DNA of 64,000 bases, taken from NCBI GenBank assembly GCA_965237905.1, contig OZ250172.1, forward strand, positions 96,001 through 160,000, in the 5' to 3' direction. Within the stretch, counting starts at the first letter, position 1; every line of letters begins with the position of its first letter. Source of the stretch: Nitrospinaceae bacterium (GTDB lineage Bacteria > Nitrospinota > Nitrospinia > Nitrospinales > Nitrospinaceae). The notes beneath the pieces were generated by a model. The model worked only from the letters and a program-made list of their open reading frames with translations, had not been told where the DNA came from and made no database searches. Below are positions 48,783 through 60,248 of this stretch, piece after piece. A program made the translations under genes and the position numbers.

Positions 48783-49422
48783 CTTTCCATCTCCAATCTT
48801 TGTTGACTGAGCTTCCGGGGTCCCACAGGACTTCTTCTTCGCCCATGGTGCAACTAACCCAGCGGCTGAAAATGAAAAAGCAATCGGAGAGCCGGTTGAT
48901 GAAGGCGATGGCATGCGCCCCCACTTCATCGTCCCGGTTGAGGCCCACCATGACCCGCTCGGCACGACGGCACACGGTGCGGCATTGATGCAGAAACGCG
49001 TTCACCGGCGTGCCGCCCGGCAGGACGAAGCTGTCCAACGGTTCCAATTCTTCATTCATCGCGTCCATGACTTCTTCCAGCCATTGCAATTTTTCAGCTT
49101 TCATCTCGGCAATCTGACCCTTTTTCGGTGGGTTCTTGGGGTCGCAGGCCAGCTCGTGTCCCAAATCAAACAACCACTGCTGAATGGTCTGCAGAATGCC
49201 GTCCAATTTATCCCGGCGATCCGAAACGGGTTTTTGACTGTTAAAGGTCCGCACCAGCCCGACCAGGGAGTTCAACTCGTCGACCGTCCCGATGGCTTCC
49301 ATGCGGGGATGGTCCTTGGCAATGCGAATGCCCCCCACCAGGCCGGTCTCGCCTTTGTCCCCGGTTTTCGTGTAAACCTTGCCGATTCGCACCACCGGCT
49401 TCTTTTTAATGGGCTTGTCCAT
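48775..49422 (-). CDS. ATP:cob(I)alamin adenosyltransferase, PduO type
   Basis: KVYTKTGDKGETGL, GTVDELNS, FVLPGG, RTVCRRAER, NRLSD. Confidence 0.95.
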   Translation of the reverse strand: MDKPIKKKPVVRIGKVYTKTGDKGETGLVGGIRIAKDHPRMEAIGTVDELNSLVGLVRTFNSQKPVSDRRDKLDGILQTIQQWLFDLGHELACDPKNPPKKGQIAEMKAEKLQWLEEVMDAMNEELEPLDSFVLPGGTPVNAFLHQCRTVCRRAERVMVGLNRDDEVGAHAIAFINRLSDCFFIFSRWVSCTMGEEEVLWDPGSSVNKDWRWKDE

Positions 49423-49430
49423 GAATTTCC

Positions 49431-49459
49431 TTGACTTGATCGCTCACAATAATTATATT
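49431..49459 (+). promoter_or_regulatory. sigma70 promoter of the pyr operon
   Basis: TTGACT-N17-TATATT. Confidence 0.6.
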
Positions 49460-49474
49460 CAATCTTAACATAGA

Positions 49475-49585
49475 CCTCTTTAAGACAGTCCAGAGAGATT
49501 GTCAAGGGATCACACAATGACCGCTTTTGCTGTATCAAAATGTAGAGCTTCCTCCGCAGGATTTTGCCTGAGGGGGATTTTTTTT
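49475..49585 (+). promoter_or_regulatory. PyrR-binding leader with attenuator terminator
   Basis: CTTTAA-GACAGTCCAGAGAGATTGTC-AAGG resembles the PyrR motif ARUCCNGNGAGGYU; downstream hairpin 49549-49577 plus a T run before pyrR. Confidence 0.85.
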
Positions 49586-49608
49586 GCTCCCAGTTCCCCG
49601 GTGACCGC

Positions 49609-50151
49609 ATGAGCACCCTGCTGATGAACGCCGAGGAAATGAACCGGGCCATCACCCGTATCGCCCACGAAATCCTCGAAAAGAATAAGGGCACCCAGGA
49701 CCTCGCGTTGGTCGGTATCCGCACGCGCGGAGTCTTTCTGGCCACCCGCCTGCGGGACAAAATAAAAGAAATAGAAAAGACTGCGCTCGACATGGGTATT
49801 CTGGACATCACCCTGTACCGGGACGATCTCGCCACCAGTAAGGACAAGCCCATATTGCGGGATACCGATATCCCGTTTGCCATCGACGGCAAAAAAGTGG
49901 TGCTGTGCGACGACGTGTTGTTTACCGGGCGGACCATCCGCGCGGCGATTGATGCGCTGGTCGATTTCGGCCGCCCCGCCCAGGTGCAACTGGCGGTACT
50001 GATCGACCGAGGCCATCGCGAACTGCCCTTCCGGCCCGATTATGTCGGCAAAAATATCCCGACCGCAAAAAGCATGCGGGTCAAAGTTCAAATGACCGAG
50101 GAAGACAAGGAAGACCAAGTGATCGTGATCGATAGCAAAGGTCAAAACTGA
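49609..50151 (+). CDS. pyrR: Bifunctional pyr regulator / uracil phosphoribosyltransferase PyrR
   Basis: [36 protein letters not shown]. Confidence 0.97.
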   Translation: MSTLLMNAEEMNRAITRIAHEILEKNKGTQDLALVGIRTRGVFLATRLRDKIKEIEKTALDMGILDITLYRDDLATSKDKPILRDTDIPFAIDGKKVVLCDDVLFTGRTIRAAIDALVDFGRPAQVQLAVLIDRGHRELPFRPDYVGKNIPTAKSMRVKVQMTEEDKEDQVIVIDSKGQN

Positions 50152-51086
50152 TGAATCTGGCATCCAAAGATATATTAGGAACCGAGCCGCTCAGCCGGGA
50201 GGAGATCGAAGGCATCCTCGACACCGCGGTTTCCTTCAAGGAAGTGTCGACCCGCCAAATCAAAAAGGTGCCGACCCTGCGCGGCCGCACCATCATCAAT
50301 CTGTTTTTCGAGGCCAGCACGCGCACCCGCACCTCGTTTGAAATCGCCGGCAAGCGGTTGAGCGCGGACGTCATCAATATCTCCGCCTCCACCAGCTCTA
50401 CGGTCAAAGGCGAAAGCCTGCTCGACACCGCCTACAATCTGGAAGCCATGAATCCCGACCTCCTGATCGTGCGGCATTCGGTATCGGGCGCGCCGCACAT
50501 GATCGCGTCCCACGTCAAATGTCCGGTGATCAACGCCGGTGACGGGGCGCATGAGCATCCGACTCAGGCTTTGCTGGACCTGCTCACCATCCGGGAACAC
50601 ACCAAACAACTGACCGGGTTGAAGGTGGCTATTGTCGGAGACATCGCGCACAGCCGGGTGGCCCGGTCGAATATCCATGCCATGCTCAAATGCGGCATGG
50701 ACGTCACTGTGGTCGGTCCCCCGACCATGATTCCGGTGGGTATGGAATGCCTCGGCGTTAAAGTCCTGCACAATCTCGAAGAGGCGGTTTCGCAGGTCGA
50801 TGTGGTCATGATGCTGAGGATTCAACTGGAGCGGCAGAACGAGGGTTTGTTTCCCAGTTTCCGGGAATACTCCAACCTGTTTTGCCTGACTGCGAATAAA
50901 TTGAAACACAGCCGGAAGGACATCCTGATCATGCACCCGGGTCCGGTCAACCGGGGCATCGAAATCGCGCTGGACGTCATGGAAGGCCCGCATTCGGTCA
51001 TCCTCGACCAGGTCAACAATGGCGTCGCCCTGCGGATGGCGCTCATGTATCTTTTGCTGGGAGGCGGGAGTGAAACTGATCATTAA
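50151..51086 (+). CDS. pyrB: Aspartate carbamoyltransferase catalytic subunit
   Basis: [26 protein letters not shown]. Confidence 0.97.
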   Translation: MNLASKDILGTEPLSREEIEGILDTAVSFKEVSTRQIKKVPTLRGRTIINLFFEASTRTRTSFEIAGKRLSADVINISASTSSTVKGESLLDTAYNLEAMNPDLLIVRHSVSGAPHMIASHVKCPVINAGDGAHEHPTQALLDLLTIREHTKQLTGLKVAIVGDIAHSRVARSNIHAMLKCGMDVTVVGPPTMIPVGMECLGVKVLHNLEEAVSQVDVVMMLRIQLERQNEGLFPSFREYSNLFCLTANKLKHSRKDILIMHPGPVNRGIEIALDVMEGPHSVILDQVNNGVALRMALMYLLLGGGSETDH

Positions 51087-52353
51087 AAACGGCCGGGTCA
51101 TCGATCCCGCCAACAACATAGACGACAAATACGATATCGTGATCGATAAGGGTCTCATTCAATCGGTCACGCCTTCAGGTAAAAGCAAGGATGACGGCTC
51201 GGCAAAAATTATCGATGCCAAAGATTGTGTCGTGGCGCCGGGATTTATGGACATGCACGTCCACTTCCGGGAACCGGGTTTCGAGTACAAGGAGACCATC
51301 GAGAGCGGATGCGAATCCGCCGCCGCTGGAGGATTCACCACCGTCGCCATGATGCCCAATACCAACCCGGTCAACGACAACCGTTCGGTCACCGAACTGA
51401 TGATCTCCCGGGCGAATGCGCATGGCAAGGTTCAGGCGCTTGCCATTGGAGCCATCACCAAGGGTCTTAAAGGCGAGACCCTGTCCGACATGGGGGATTT
51501 AAAAGAAGCAGGCGTCATCGCGTTTTCGGATGACGGCCGGCCGGTCATGAACAATCAGGTCATGCGCCGGGCCTTCGAATACAGCCGGATGTTCGACCTG
51601 CCCCTGATCCAACACAGCGAAATCCTGGATCTGACCCACGACGGGTGCATGAATGAAGGCCGGGTGTCCACCGAGCTGGGCTTGAAGGGAATGCCGACCG
51701 AGGCAGAAGACATCATGGTGTACCGGGATATCGCCCTCTTGGAAAAAACCGGCGGCCGCCTGCATGTGGCGCATATCAGCAGTGGCGAATCCGTCGAATT
51801 GGTCCGCCGGGCGAAGGCTAAAGGCCTGCCGGTGACCTGTGAGGTGGCTCCGCATCATTTCATTTTGACCGATGAATCGGTCCGGGGCTACGACACCAAC
51901 ACCAAAATGAGTCCGCCCTTGAGAGCTCAAAGCGATATCGACGCGATTAAAGAGGGGCTCAAGGATGGAACTATTGATATAATCGCCACGGACCACGCGC
52001 CGCACGACTTGGCTGATAAACAGGCGGATTACCATAACGCCTGTTTCGGGATCGTAGGACTGGAAACAGCCCTCCCCCTGAGCCTCCGGCTGGTCGATGA
52101 AAAAATCCTGACGCTTCCGCAATTGGTCGAAAAACTGACCTCGCGTCCGGCGGAAATTTTCAAGCTGGATCAGGGGACGCTGGGCGTGGGCAAGCAGGCG
52201 GATGTGGTGATCTTTGATCCCGGCCAGGAATATAAGGTCGAGGCGAGCCAATTCAAATCAAAGAGCAAAAACTCGCCCTTCGACGGGTGGCCGGTCAAGG
52301 GCCGGGTCCGGCACACCATAGCTAAAGGAAAAGTAATATACTATATTAGTTAA
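51070..52353 (+). CDS. pyrC: Dihydroorotase
   Basis: [30 protein letters not shown] start after GGAGG. Confidence 0.96.
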   Translation: MKLIIKNGRVIDPANNIDDKYDIVIDKGLIQSVTPSGKSKDDGSAKIIDAKDCVVAPGFMDMHVHFREPGFEYKETIESGCESAAAGGFTTVAMMPNTNPVNDNRSVTELMISRANAHGKVQALAIGAITKGLKGETLSDMGDLKEAGVIAFSDDGRPVMNNQVMRRAFEYSRMFDLPLIQHSEILDLTHDGCMNEGRVSTELGLKGMPTEAEDIMVYRDIALLEKTGGRLHVAHISSGESVELVRRAKAKGLPVTCEVAPHHFILTDESVRGYDTNTKMSPPLRAQSDIDAIKEGLKDGTIDIIATDHAPHDLADKQADYHNACFGIVGLETALPLSLRLVDEKILTLPQLVEKLTSRPAEIFKLDQGTLGVGKQADVVIFDPGQEYKVEASQFKSKSKNSPFDGWPVKGRVRHTIAKGKVIYYIS

Positions 52354-52397
52354 ACTATATTTATTAAAGTAATACATTAATTATATTATTGGGCGTT

Positions 52398-53525
52398 ATG
52401 GAAGGTATTCTCGCATTAGCGGACGGTAGAACATTCCGGGGAACCCTGTTCGGCGCTACCGGAGAGGCCGAGGGGGAAGTGGTGTTCAACACCAGCATGG
52501 CCGGCTACCAGGAAGTGTTGACCGATCCTTCCTATTGCGGCCAGATGGTGCTGATGACTTATCCGTTGATCGGGAACACCGGCATCAATCCGGAAGATTT
52601 TGAATCCGACCGTCCCCATTTGAGCGCGTTTATCATCAAGGAACTGAGCGGCATTCCCAGCAACTGGAGGTCCAGGGAAACACTGGACGAATTTCTGAAA
52701 AAACACGGCATAGTCGGCCTCCAGGGAATTGATACCCGCGCTCTGACCCGGCATATACGGGACCAGGGGGCCCAGCAGGCAGTCATCTCCCCTGACCTCT
52801 CCAATCCTGACTCCCTCATCCAGAGAGCCAAAAAATCCCCCGGCATGGTGGGCAAGGATCTGGTCCAGGAAGTGACCTGCACGGAACCCTATGGATGGAA
52901 TGAGGGCGATTGGGATCTCCGGCTGGGATACTCCGATCTATCGCACAACGGACATAAGGAAAGTTTTTTTGTGGTAGCCTATGATTTCGGGATCAAGCGC
53001 AATATCCTGCGCTGGCTGACGCAAGTCGGTTGTAAAGTCAAAGTCGTTCCCGCCGCCACCCCGGCTGAAACCGTGTTGGAGATGAAGCCGGATGGAGTGT
53101 TTTTATCCAATGGGCCGGGCGACCCGGCGGCTGTCTCTTATGCCATCCAGAACGTGCGCGATCTGATCGGCAAAGTTCCCATTTTCGGTATTTGCCTGGG
53201 ACACCAGATTCTGAACCTGGCACTGGGTGGCACAACCTATAAGCTTCAGTTCGGCCACCACGGAGGCAACCAACCGGTCATGGACCTGAACAGGCGAAAA
53301 GTGGAAATCACTTCCCAGAATCACGGCTTTGCGGTGGATGATAAAACCGGAAGCGACGACGTGGAGATCACTTGTATCAACCTCAATGACCAGACGGTCG
53401 AGGGCATTCGTCATAAAAAGTATCCTGTTTCGTCTGTTCAATATCATCCGGAAGCCTCTCCGGGTCCTCAGGACTCTTCTTATTTATTCCAGGATTTTGT
53501 CACCCTGATGAAGGAAAATCGATGA
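52398..53525 (+). CDS. carA: Carbamoyl-phosphate synthase small subunit
   Basis: [31 protein letters not shown]. Confidence 0.98.
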   Translation: MEGILALADGRTFRGTLFGATGEAEGEVVFNTSMAGYQEVLTDPSYCGQMVLMTYPLIGNTGINPEDFESDRPHLSAFIIKELSGIPSNWRSRETLDEFLKKHGIVGLQGIDTRALTRHIRDQGAQQAVISPDLSNPDSLIQRAKKSPGMVGKDLVQEVTCTEPYGWNEGDWDLRLGYSDLSHNGHKESFFVVAYDFGIKRNILRWLTQVGCKVKVVPAATPAETVLEMKPDGVFLSNGPGDPAAVSYAIQNVRDLIGKVPIFGICLGHQILNLALGGTTYKLQFGHHGGNQPVMDLNRRKVEITSQNHGFAVDDKTGSDDVEITCINLNDQTVEGIRHKKYPVSSVQYHPEASPGPQDSSYLFQDFVTLMKENR

Positions 53526-54391
53526 TTCGCGAAAACATCAACCAACTGCTGGAAGAAATCACCCGGGACCATCCGCAGGATGATATTTTTCAGGCCAAAA
53601 AGGATTTCCAGAAGATTTCAGGAGAAATTTTCGAAGATGATAAATCCTTTGAGTCCCGCATGGGATGTTTTCTTGAATGGTATACCTTCGACAGAATCTG
53701 CCCGGAGTCTACGTCAACCCCTCTTCAACAGTATCTGCGAAGCTCATCCATCACTCCGGAAAGCAGGGAACTGGCGGAAGCGATCTCCAAGGGTATCCAT
53801 GGACTTTTTATCGCGAAAAAAGTCAAGAGTGATTGCGTGATGGTTGTTGATGTTATGGACAACGAAAAATACCAGGTTCTGGAAAATCAGGGATCCATTC
53901 TTTTCAATTCGGACGATCTTTTTGAAGGGCGACTCATTCCCTACAGAGGGCACTATTATTTTACCGAACATTTTTGTTATCACCCGAAACCTACCGTCGG
54001 ATTTATCCTGGCCAAGGTCAAAAAACTGAAAGCCAGTGAAGAAGAGGCGCTGGCAAAAGAGAAGCGTCTCCAAAAAACTATTGCCTCCCCTCAAAAAAGC
54101 CTTAACAAAATTATCGCCAAGCTTGAAAAAGTGAATGGAAAACTTGCCGGCACAACCAAGGAAAAAAAGATCCAGTCGCTCAAAGAGGAAATCGCGAAAC
54201 TGGAAAACGAGAGGCACGAACTGGAATCACAACTCGCAGATATTGAAAATCAATTAACCCAACTGAGAACGGAAACCATCGAAGGCGAACACAAGCAAAA
54301 TCGTTTCAACTTCATCCGCAAACTTTCCTATATGAGCCTGAAGTGGGAGCGGTCCCGCCAAATCGATGTTCGCGACATTTACCAAGACTGA
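53522..54391 (+). CDS. Hypothetical protein with long coiled coil, inside car operon
   Basis: ATGA overlap with carA stop and TGATG overlap with carB start. Confidence 0.75.
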   Translation: MIRENINQLLEEITRDHPQDDIFQAKKDFQKISGEIFEDDKSFESRMGCFLEWYTFDRICPESTSTPLQQYLRSSSITPESRELAEAISKGIHGLFIAKKVKSDCVMVVDVMDNEKYQVLENQGSILFNSDDLFEGRLIPYRGHYYFTEHFCYHPKPTVGFILAKVKKLKASEEEALAKEKRLQKTIASPQKSLNKIIAKLEKVNGKLAGTTKEKKIQSLKEEIAKLENERHELESQLADIENQLTQLRTETIEGEHKQNRFNFIRKLSYMSLKWERSRQIDVRDIYQD

Positions 54392-57300
54392 TGCCTAAAC
54401 GAACCGACATTGAAAAGATATTGATCATCGGCGCCGGCCCGATCATTATCGGCCAAGCCTGCGAATTCGATTATTCAGGAACCCAGGCCTGCAAAGCCCT
54501 GAAGGAAGAGGGATACCAGGTGGTTCTGGTGAACAGTAATCCCGCCACCATTATGACGGATGCAGAGTTCGCACATAGGACCTATGTCGAACCCGTCACT
54601 CCGGAGGTCGTGGCCAAAATCATTGAAAAGGAAAAACCCGATGCCCTGCTCCCGACTATGGGCGGTCAAACCGGTTTGAATACCGCGTTGGCCGTCGCAG
54701 AGATGGGAGTCCTCGCTGAACACAATGTGGAAATGATCGGCGCCGATGTGGACACGATCCACAAGGCGGAGGATCGCCAGCAGTTCAATGAAGCCATGGC
54801 GCGAATCGGTCTGCAAGTGGCCCCCAGCGGTTACGCCGAATCCGTCGAACAAGCCTGGCAGGTCGTCAAGAAAACAAAGTTCCCCGCCATTATCCGGCCG
54901 TCTTTCACTCTGGGCGGCTCCGGCGGCGGCATCGCCTACAGCGAGACGGAGTTTGAAAAGATGGTGAACTGGGCGCTGAGCGCCAGCCCCACGCGCCGGA
55001 TATTGATTGAAAAATCGTTACTGGGATGGAAGGAATACGAACTGGAGGTGATGCGCGACATCAAAGATAACGTGGTCATCGTCTGCTCCATCGAAAACTT
55101 CGACCCCATGGGTATCCACACCGGCGACAGCATCACCGTGGCGCCGGCGCAAACGCTGACCGACAAGGAATATCAGATCATGCGCAACGCGGCGATCGAT
55201 ATCATCCGTGAAATCGGCGTGGAAACGGGGGGCTCCAATATTCAGTTCGCGATCAATCCCGTAAATGGCGAGATGGTGGTGATTGAAATGAATCCCCGGG
55301 TTTCCCGGAGCTCCGCTCTGGCTTCCAAAGCCACGGGCTTCCCCATCGCCAAAATCGCCGCCAAGCTCGCTGTCGGTTACACATTGGATGAAATCCGCAA
55401 CGACATCACCCAAGTCACCCCTGTATCCTTCGAACCGACGCTGGATTACTGCGTGGTGAAAATTCCCCGGTTCACGTTTGAAAAATTTTTCAAGACCCCT
55501 CCCCTGCTGACAACTCAAATGAAATCCGTGGGCGAAGTGATGTCCATTGGCAGAACATTCAAGGAAGCCTTGCAGAAATCGCTTCGGTCACTGGAAATCG
55601 GTATATCCGGATTGGAAGAAAATTTTGAATCGGGCGGGGAGCTTCTTCACGAAAACGAATCGGACTTGAACAGACTCCGGGAAATGCTGGCACTTCCCCA
55701 TTGGGACCGGCTCTGGCACATTGCCGCCGGGTTTCGGCGCGGGCTTTCAGTGGAAGAAATCAATAAGATCACTGCAGTCGATCCCTGGTTTTTATTTAAC
55801 ATAAAAGAAATTGTAGACTTCGAAAGGGAAATCATCCAAATCGGGTCTTTGGATAAATTGTCCGACGGCGACTTGCGTAAAGCCAAACAAATGGGTTACT
55901 CCGACCTGTTTCTCGCCAAGCTCTTAAACTGTAAAGGAACCGAGGTGAACGCCAGAAGGCTATCTGCAAGCATCATTCCTGTGTTCAAGCGGGTGGATAC
56001 CTGCGGAGCGGAATTTGAAGCGCATACTCCTTACCTGTATTCCACTTATGAAGAAGAGTGCGAGGCCAATCCGTCCTACAGGAAAAAAATAATGCTCCTG
56101 GGCGGCGGCCCCAACCGGATCGGCCAGGGAATCGAATTTGATTACTGTTGTGTGCATGCTTCCTTCGCGCTCAGGGAGGAAAATTTTGAAACTATCATGG
56201 TCAACTGCAATCCGGAAACCGTGAGCACGGATTATGATACCTCCGACCGGTTGTATTTTGAGCCGCTCACTTACGAGGACGTACTTCATATTGTTCAGAA
56301 GGAAAAACCGGATGGCGTGATTGTCCAGTTTGGCGGTCAGACGCCGTTACGCTTGGCGATCGCGTTGGAACAGGCGGGTGTTCCCATCATCGGGACCAGC
56401 CCGGATAATATCGACCGGGCGGAAGACCGAAAACGCTTCAAGGGAGTTCTGGAGAAACTCGGTATCCGGCAACCTCAAAACGGTACCGCCACCTCGCTGG
56501 AGGAAGCCCGGACGATTGCCGAGGAAATTGGGTATCCCGTGATGGTGCGACCTTCGTACGTTTTGGGAGGGCGCGCCATGGAAATCGTTTATAACCAGGC
56601 CAGTCTCGACCGTTATATGCGGTTCGCTGTCAAAGCTTCGCCGGAGCATCCGGTTCTGATCGATGACTTTCTGGACAACGCGACCGAACTGGATGTCGAT
56701 GCCATTTCAGATGGACAGCAGGTGGTCATTGGCGGCGTCATGGAGCATATCGAGGAAGCGGGTATCCATTCCGGCGACAGCGCCTGCTCTCTCCCGCCCT
56801 TCACTATTCCTCTGGCTGTAACGGATGAGATCAAACAGCAAACCCGCGAGCTGGCCCGGGAATTGAATGTCATAGGCTTGCTCAATATTCAATTCGCCGT
56901 CAGGGATGGTGAGATATTTGTTCTGGAGGTCAATCCCCGCGCCTCCCGGACGATCCCCTTTGTCAGCAAAGCCATCGGTGTGCCTCTGGCCAAACTGGCC
57001 GCCAAGGTGATGGCGGGCAAAACTCTCAGCGAGTTGGGATTCACCGAGGAAAGAGAAATTTCGCATATTGCCGTCAAGGAATCGGTTTTCCCTTTTATCA
57101 AATTTTCCGATGTCGATATCCTGCTGGGCCCTGAAATGAAATCCACGGGCGAGGTGATGGGTTTGGACACCAGTTTCGGCCGGGCCTTTGCCAAGTCTCA
57201 AATAGCCACTGGAATCAAACTGCCTCCACAAGGAATGGTGTTTATCAGTGTCAAAGAGGGAGATAAATCGGCCGCGGGAAAAATCGGAAAAAGTCTGGCG

Positions 57301-57642
57301 GAACTGGGCTATCAGTTGATGGCAACCCAAGGCACCGGAGATTACCTGAGAGACCTTGGACTGGAAGTCGCTCACATCAACAAGGTCAAGGAGGGCTCGC
57401 CTCATATTGTGGAATCACTCGAAGCCGGTAAAGTGGATTTTATGGTCAACACCACATTCGGTGAGCAGGCGGTGAAGGACTCTTTCTCCATGCGCCGCGC
57501 TTCGCTGACACAAAACCTGCCCTACTGCACCACCATTTCGGGAGCGTTCGCACTGGTAGACGCCTTGCAATCCCTCAAGACTTCCAGCCTGTCCCTTTCT
57601 CCCTTGCAGGAATACTGGAAGAACGAAACACAAACCGCCTAG
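54391..57642 (+). CDS. carB: Carbamoyl-phosphate synthase large subunit
   Basis: [17 protein letters not shown], two ATP-grasp domains, MGS domain. Confidence 0.98.
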   Translation: MPKRTDIEKILIIGAGPIIIGQACEFDYSGTQACKALKEEGYQVVLVNSNPATIMTDAEFAHRTYVEPVTPEVVAKIIEKEKPDALLPTMGGQTGLNTALAVAEMGVLAEHNVEMIGADVDTIHKAEDRQQFNEAMARIGLQVAPSGYAESVEQAWQVVKKTKFPAIIRPSFTLGGSGGGIAYSETEFEKMVNWALSASPTRRILIEKSLLGWKEYELEVMRDIKDNVVIVCSIENFDPMGIHTGDSITVAPAQTLTDKEYQIMRNAAIDIIREIGVETGGSNIQFAINPVNGEMVVIEMNPRVSRSSALASKATGFPIAKIAAKLAVGYTLDEIRNDITQVTPVSFEPTLDYCVVKIPRFTFEKFFKTPPLLTTQMKSVGEVMSIGRTFKEALQKSLRSLEIGISGLEENFESGGELLHENESDLNRLREMLALPHWDRLWHIAAGFRRGLSVEEINKITAVDPWFLFNIKEIVDFEREIIQIGSLDKLSDGDLRKAKQMGYSDLFLAKLLNCKGTEVNARRLSASIIPVFKRVDTCGAEFEAHTPYLYSTYEEECEANPSYRKKIMLLGGGPNRIGQGIEFDYCCVHASFALREENFETIMVNCNPETVSTDYDTSDRLYFEPLTYEDVLHIVQKEKPDGVIVQFGGQTPLRLAIALEQAGVPIIGTSPDNIDRAEDRKRFKGVLEKLGIRQPQNGTATSLEEARTIAEEIGYPVMVRPSYVLGGRAMEIVYNQASLDRYMRFAVKASPEHPVLIDDFLDNATELDVDAISDGQQVVIGGVMEHIEEAGIHSGDSACSLPPFTIPLAVTDEIKQQTRELARELNVIGLLNIQFAVRDGEIFVLEVNPRASRTIPFVSKAIGVPLAKLAAKVMAGKTLSELGFTEEREISHIAVKESVFPFIKFSDVDILLGPEMKSTGEVMGLDTSFGRAFAKSQIATGIKLPPQGMVFISVKEGDKSAAGKIGKSLAELGYQLMATQGTGDYLRDLGLEVAHINKVKEGSPHIVESLEAGKVDFMVNTTFGEQAVKDSFSMRRASLTQNLPYCTTISGAFALVDALQSLKTSSLSLSPLQEYWKNETQTA

Positions 57643-57663
57643 GAAGATTCCAAATTCTATTTT

Positions 57664-58644
57664 TTACTGAGGAGATACTGAAGAGAGTGCAGGCTTCCTG
57701 GCGTTTTTTAGAGTTTTGGGCAGGGGTTTGGACCTTTTGGAGCGAACCAGGTTTCCCTTTACGAAATCCCCTCCAGCCATAATGACAGCTTCGGAAAACC
57801 CTTCCTGAACATTAATGACTCGAACCACACCCAGCTTGGTCAAGCGGTCACCGATATCCTCCTTGTAAAGAGGATCGGGAAAATTCACATCGACACTGTA
57901 CACGACAAACTCATCCCGGATTTCCACTCCGCTTTTTTGGCCGAGATTGATAATCATTTGCTCTTCTTCTTTTTCAATGGCAATCACCTGGCCGTCCAAT
58001 GGAACACGATCCAGGTAATCCACGAGGGTGGGCATTACCCTGTCAGTGATTCGACTCAGCGCCCTTCCCATAAAAGTTTTGCGAAAATCCGGACTTCCAA
58101 GATTTAAAGAGCTTTGCGAATAACCCAGAGGGAACTCGCCATCCTTCGATTTCTCGTTGAGGACAAATCCGGTAACAAAACGTCGGGTTTGCCCCTGAAA
58201 GACTTTAAACTCAATCTGGACTTCCGCCGAACGGGACATCTTTTTTTCGGATTTGGTACTTTCCAAATTGACCGGCAAAGCGGGCCGGTATTTGACAATC
58301 TCTCCAGAAATGATGATTTGGGCCGGGCTACTCTTCCCAGACATACCACCAGAAACCGGACTCTTGCTGTTGACCGCATTCCCTTTTTCATCTTTTATTC
58401 CAGGGGACTCCTGGCCCATGAACCGTACCAGGGTCACATTTTCCTGTTGAACCAATTTTTGCTTGAGCAGGCCCGAAACCAAGGCACCCGGATTATAAGT
58501 TCCCACCCAGCCGGGAGGATTTTGAAACGGTTGGACTTGAACCTTTTTTTTATAAGGGATGGAGGCCGCTGAAACAGTAGAATGATGGGTCACAGTCATT
58601 AATAAAGAAATAACCAGCAGGGATAAATAGATTCTGGGTTTCAT
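57664..58644 (-). CDS. Exported CsgG/FlgT-like protein
   Basis: Start reassigned to ATG 58644 (signal peptide MKPRIYLSLL...VSA); IINLGQKSGV...DP...G C-terminal motif. Confidence 0.65.
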   Translation of the reverse strand: MKPRIYLSLLVISLLMTVTHHSTVSAASIPYKKKVQVQPFQNPPGWVGTYNPGALVSGLLKQKLVQQENVTLVRFMGQESPGIKDEKGNAVNSKSPVSGGMSGKSSPAQIIISGEIVKYRPALPVNLESTKSEKKMSRSAEVQIEFKVFQGQTRRFVTGFVLNEKSKDGEFPLGYSQSSLNLGSPDFRKTFMGRALSRITDRVMPTLVDYLDRVPLDGQVIAIEKEEEQMIINLGQKSGVEIRDEFVVYSVDVNFPDPLYKEDIGDRLTKLGVVRVINVQEGFSEAVIMAGGDFVKGNLVRSKRSKPLPKTLKNARKPALSSVSPQ

Positions 58645-58773
58645 GATATCCGCATAAGTTAGGTTAGAGGTTGCTTTCCATTTTACGGGAAAAATGCAAT
58701 GAATAAAAGAATTTATCATAGATCTTTGAATCCTTTTCTTGACATTTCCCTCAGTAAAAGTAAAATTTCGCCC

Positions 58774-59526
58774 ATGCAAAAATTTCATGCTATCACTGTC
58801 ATTTTGTTGTGCTTCCTCCTGCTCCCTGCGGTTTCTCAAGCCAAAAAATCGGGCAAGGAAATGGTTAAGATTCCCAAAGGGTGCTTCCAGATGGGAGCTG
58901 CCGAAATCCACAGTTATTTCGATCACGAGCAAAACGACCGGGAGCGCCCGGTCCACAAGGTTTGCCTGGATTCCTTTTATATCGACAAATATGAGGCTTC
59001 CCAAAAGAAATTTAAGAAAATAATGGACAGGAACCCTTCCAAATTGTTCAACGATGATTGGCCGGCCGACCATGTCCGGTTTCAGGATGCGGAGACCTAT
59101 TGTTCCCTGCAGGGAAAACGGCTCCCCACGGAAGCGGAATGGGAATATGCCGCCCGCGCTGGAAGCAAGGCGGAAAATCCTTTTGGAAAAAAGTTCAATG
59201 ACCATGTATGGCATGCCACCAACTCGGTCCGAACCCATCATCCGGTAGGGAGCAAGAAACCCAATACCTGGGGCGCTCACGATATGCTGGGCAGTGTCTG
59301 GGAATGGGTATCGGACTGGTATTCTCCCAGCTATTACCAGAACAGCCCTCAAAAAAATCCCAAAGGTCCCAAAGACCGCCGGAGCCATCATGTGATCCGT
59401 GGCGGTTCCTGGGCGGATGATGGATCCCTCATTCGTGTGAGTAGCCGTCACCCGGGAATGGCCGATGCCACCGAATCGTTCCTGGTCGGCGTGCGTTGCG
59501 CGCGAAGTATAAAAGGCGGAAAATAA
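58774..59526 (+). CDS. FGE-sulfatase (SUMF1) domain exported protein
   Basis: FQMG, ERPVH, RLPTEAEWEYAAR, PNTWG..DMLGSVWEW, RGGSW, GVRCA; TTGACA-N16-TAAAAT upstream. Confidence 0.9.
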   Translation: MQKFHAITVILLCFLLLPAVSQAKKSGKEMVKIPKGCFQMGAAEIHSYFDHEQNDRERPVHKVCLDSFYIDKYEASQKKFKKIMDRNPSKLFNDDWPADHVRFQDAETYCSLQGKRLPTEAEWEYAARAGSKAENPFGKKFNDHVWHATNSVRTHHPVGSKKPNTWGAHDMLGSVWEWVSDWYSPSYYQNSPQKNPKGPKDRRSHHVIRGGSWADDGSLIRVSSRHPGMADATESFLVGVRCARSIKGGK

Positions 59527-59561
59527 ATCCCCCTTCCTTTCATCGGCATCTAATAAAGTAG

Positions 59562-60224
59562 TTGCAACGACCCCCTAACCCCAAAACTCAGTTGAATTCT
59601 AAAACCGTCAATACAATTTATGAAAAATTGCATCGGAGTCTTCCCGACGCCCGCTCGGAATTGGTTTATCAAAATCCATTTCAACTGCTTATCGCTGTGA
59701 TTTTAAGCGCACAGGCAACAGATAAATCCGTCAATGCAGTCACTCCCGATTTATTTAAAAATCACCCGACCCCAAAGGCTCTATTGGCACTGGGAGAAAC
59801 CAAACTGAAAAAATCCATTCAAACGATCGGGTTGGCCCCGACCAAAGCGAAAAACATCATCAAAACATGTCAAATACTTCTGGAACAATTTGACGGTCAA
59901 GTTCCCGATAACCGGGAGAATCTTGAAAGCCTTCCCGGGGTCGGCCGCAAAACGGCAAATGTGGTCCTGAACGAGGGTTTCGATCAACCGACCCTCGCCG
60001 TGGACACGCATGTTTTCCGTCTCGCCAACCGAACCGGTCTGGCGCCGGGGAAAAATGTACTGGAGACGGAACTGAAACTTCTGGAAGTGACTCCTAAAAA
60101 ATGGCTGAAGCAGGCCCACCGTTACCTCATTCTTCACGGACGCTATGTTTGCAAAGCTAAAAATTATCTGTGCGCAGACTGTGTCATTAGCCGGGAATGC
60201 GAGTACCCTGATAAAAAGATTTGA
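59562..60224 (+). CDS. nth: Endonuclease III
   Basis: LSAQATD, LPGVGRKTANV, VDTH, C-x6-C-x2-C-x5-C. Confidence 0.96.
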   Translation: MQRPPNPKTQLNSKTVNTIYEKLHRSLPDARSELVYQNPFQLLIAVILSAQATDKSVNAVTPDLFKNHPTPKALLALGETKLKKSIQTIGLAPTKAKNIIKTCQILLEQFDGQVPDNRENLESLPGVGRKTANVVLNEGFDQPTLAVDTHVFRLANRTGLAPGKNVLETELKLLEVTPKKWLKQAHRYLILHGRYVCKAKNYLCADCVISRECEYPDKKI

Positions 60225-60248
60225 ATCGAACTTTTTCAACTTTTGCTT

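Noticed and set aside
48783..48965. N-terminal extension of the HEAT ORF
   Set aside because: Out-of-frame overlap with pduO; ATG 48782 gives a signal peptide.
50175..51158. 327-aa antisense ORF over pyrB (similarly 12136-12852, 35175-36044, 51499-52251, 56707-57405)
   Set aside because: Antisense shadows of conserved GC3-rich genes with no recognisable motifs.
52334..52390. Very AT-rich patch between pyrC and carA
   Set aside because: Short, with no clear repeat or promoter; could be an internal regulatory site but unsupported.
58645..59451. N-terminal extension of the 595-aa minus ORF
   Set aside because: Overlaps the FGE-sulfatase gene on the other strand; a signal peptide begins at 58644.
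19030..59526. Two DUF1566 genes and an FGE-sulfatase gene as possible diversity-generating retroelement targets
   Set aside because: No reverse transcriptase and no adenine-mismatched template/variable repeat pair seen in the window.
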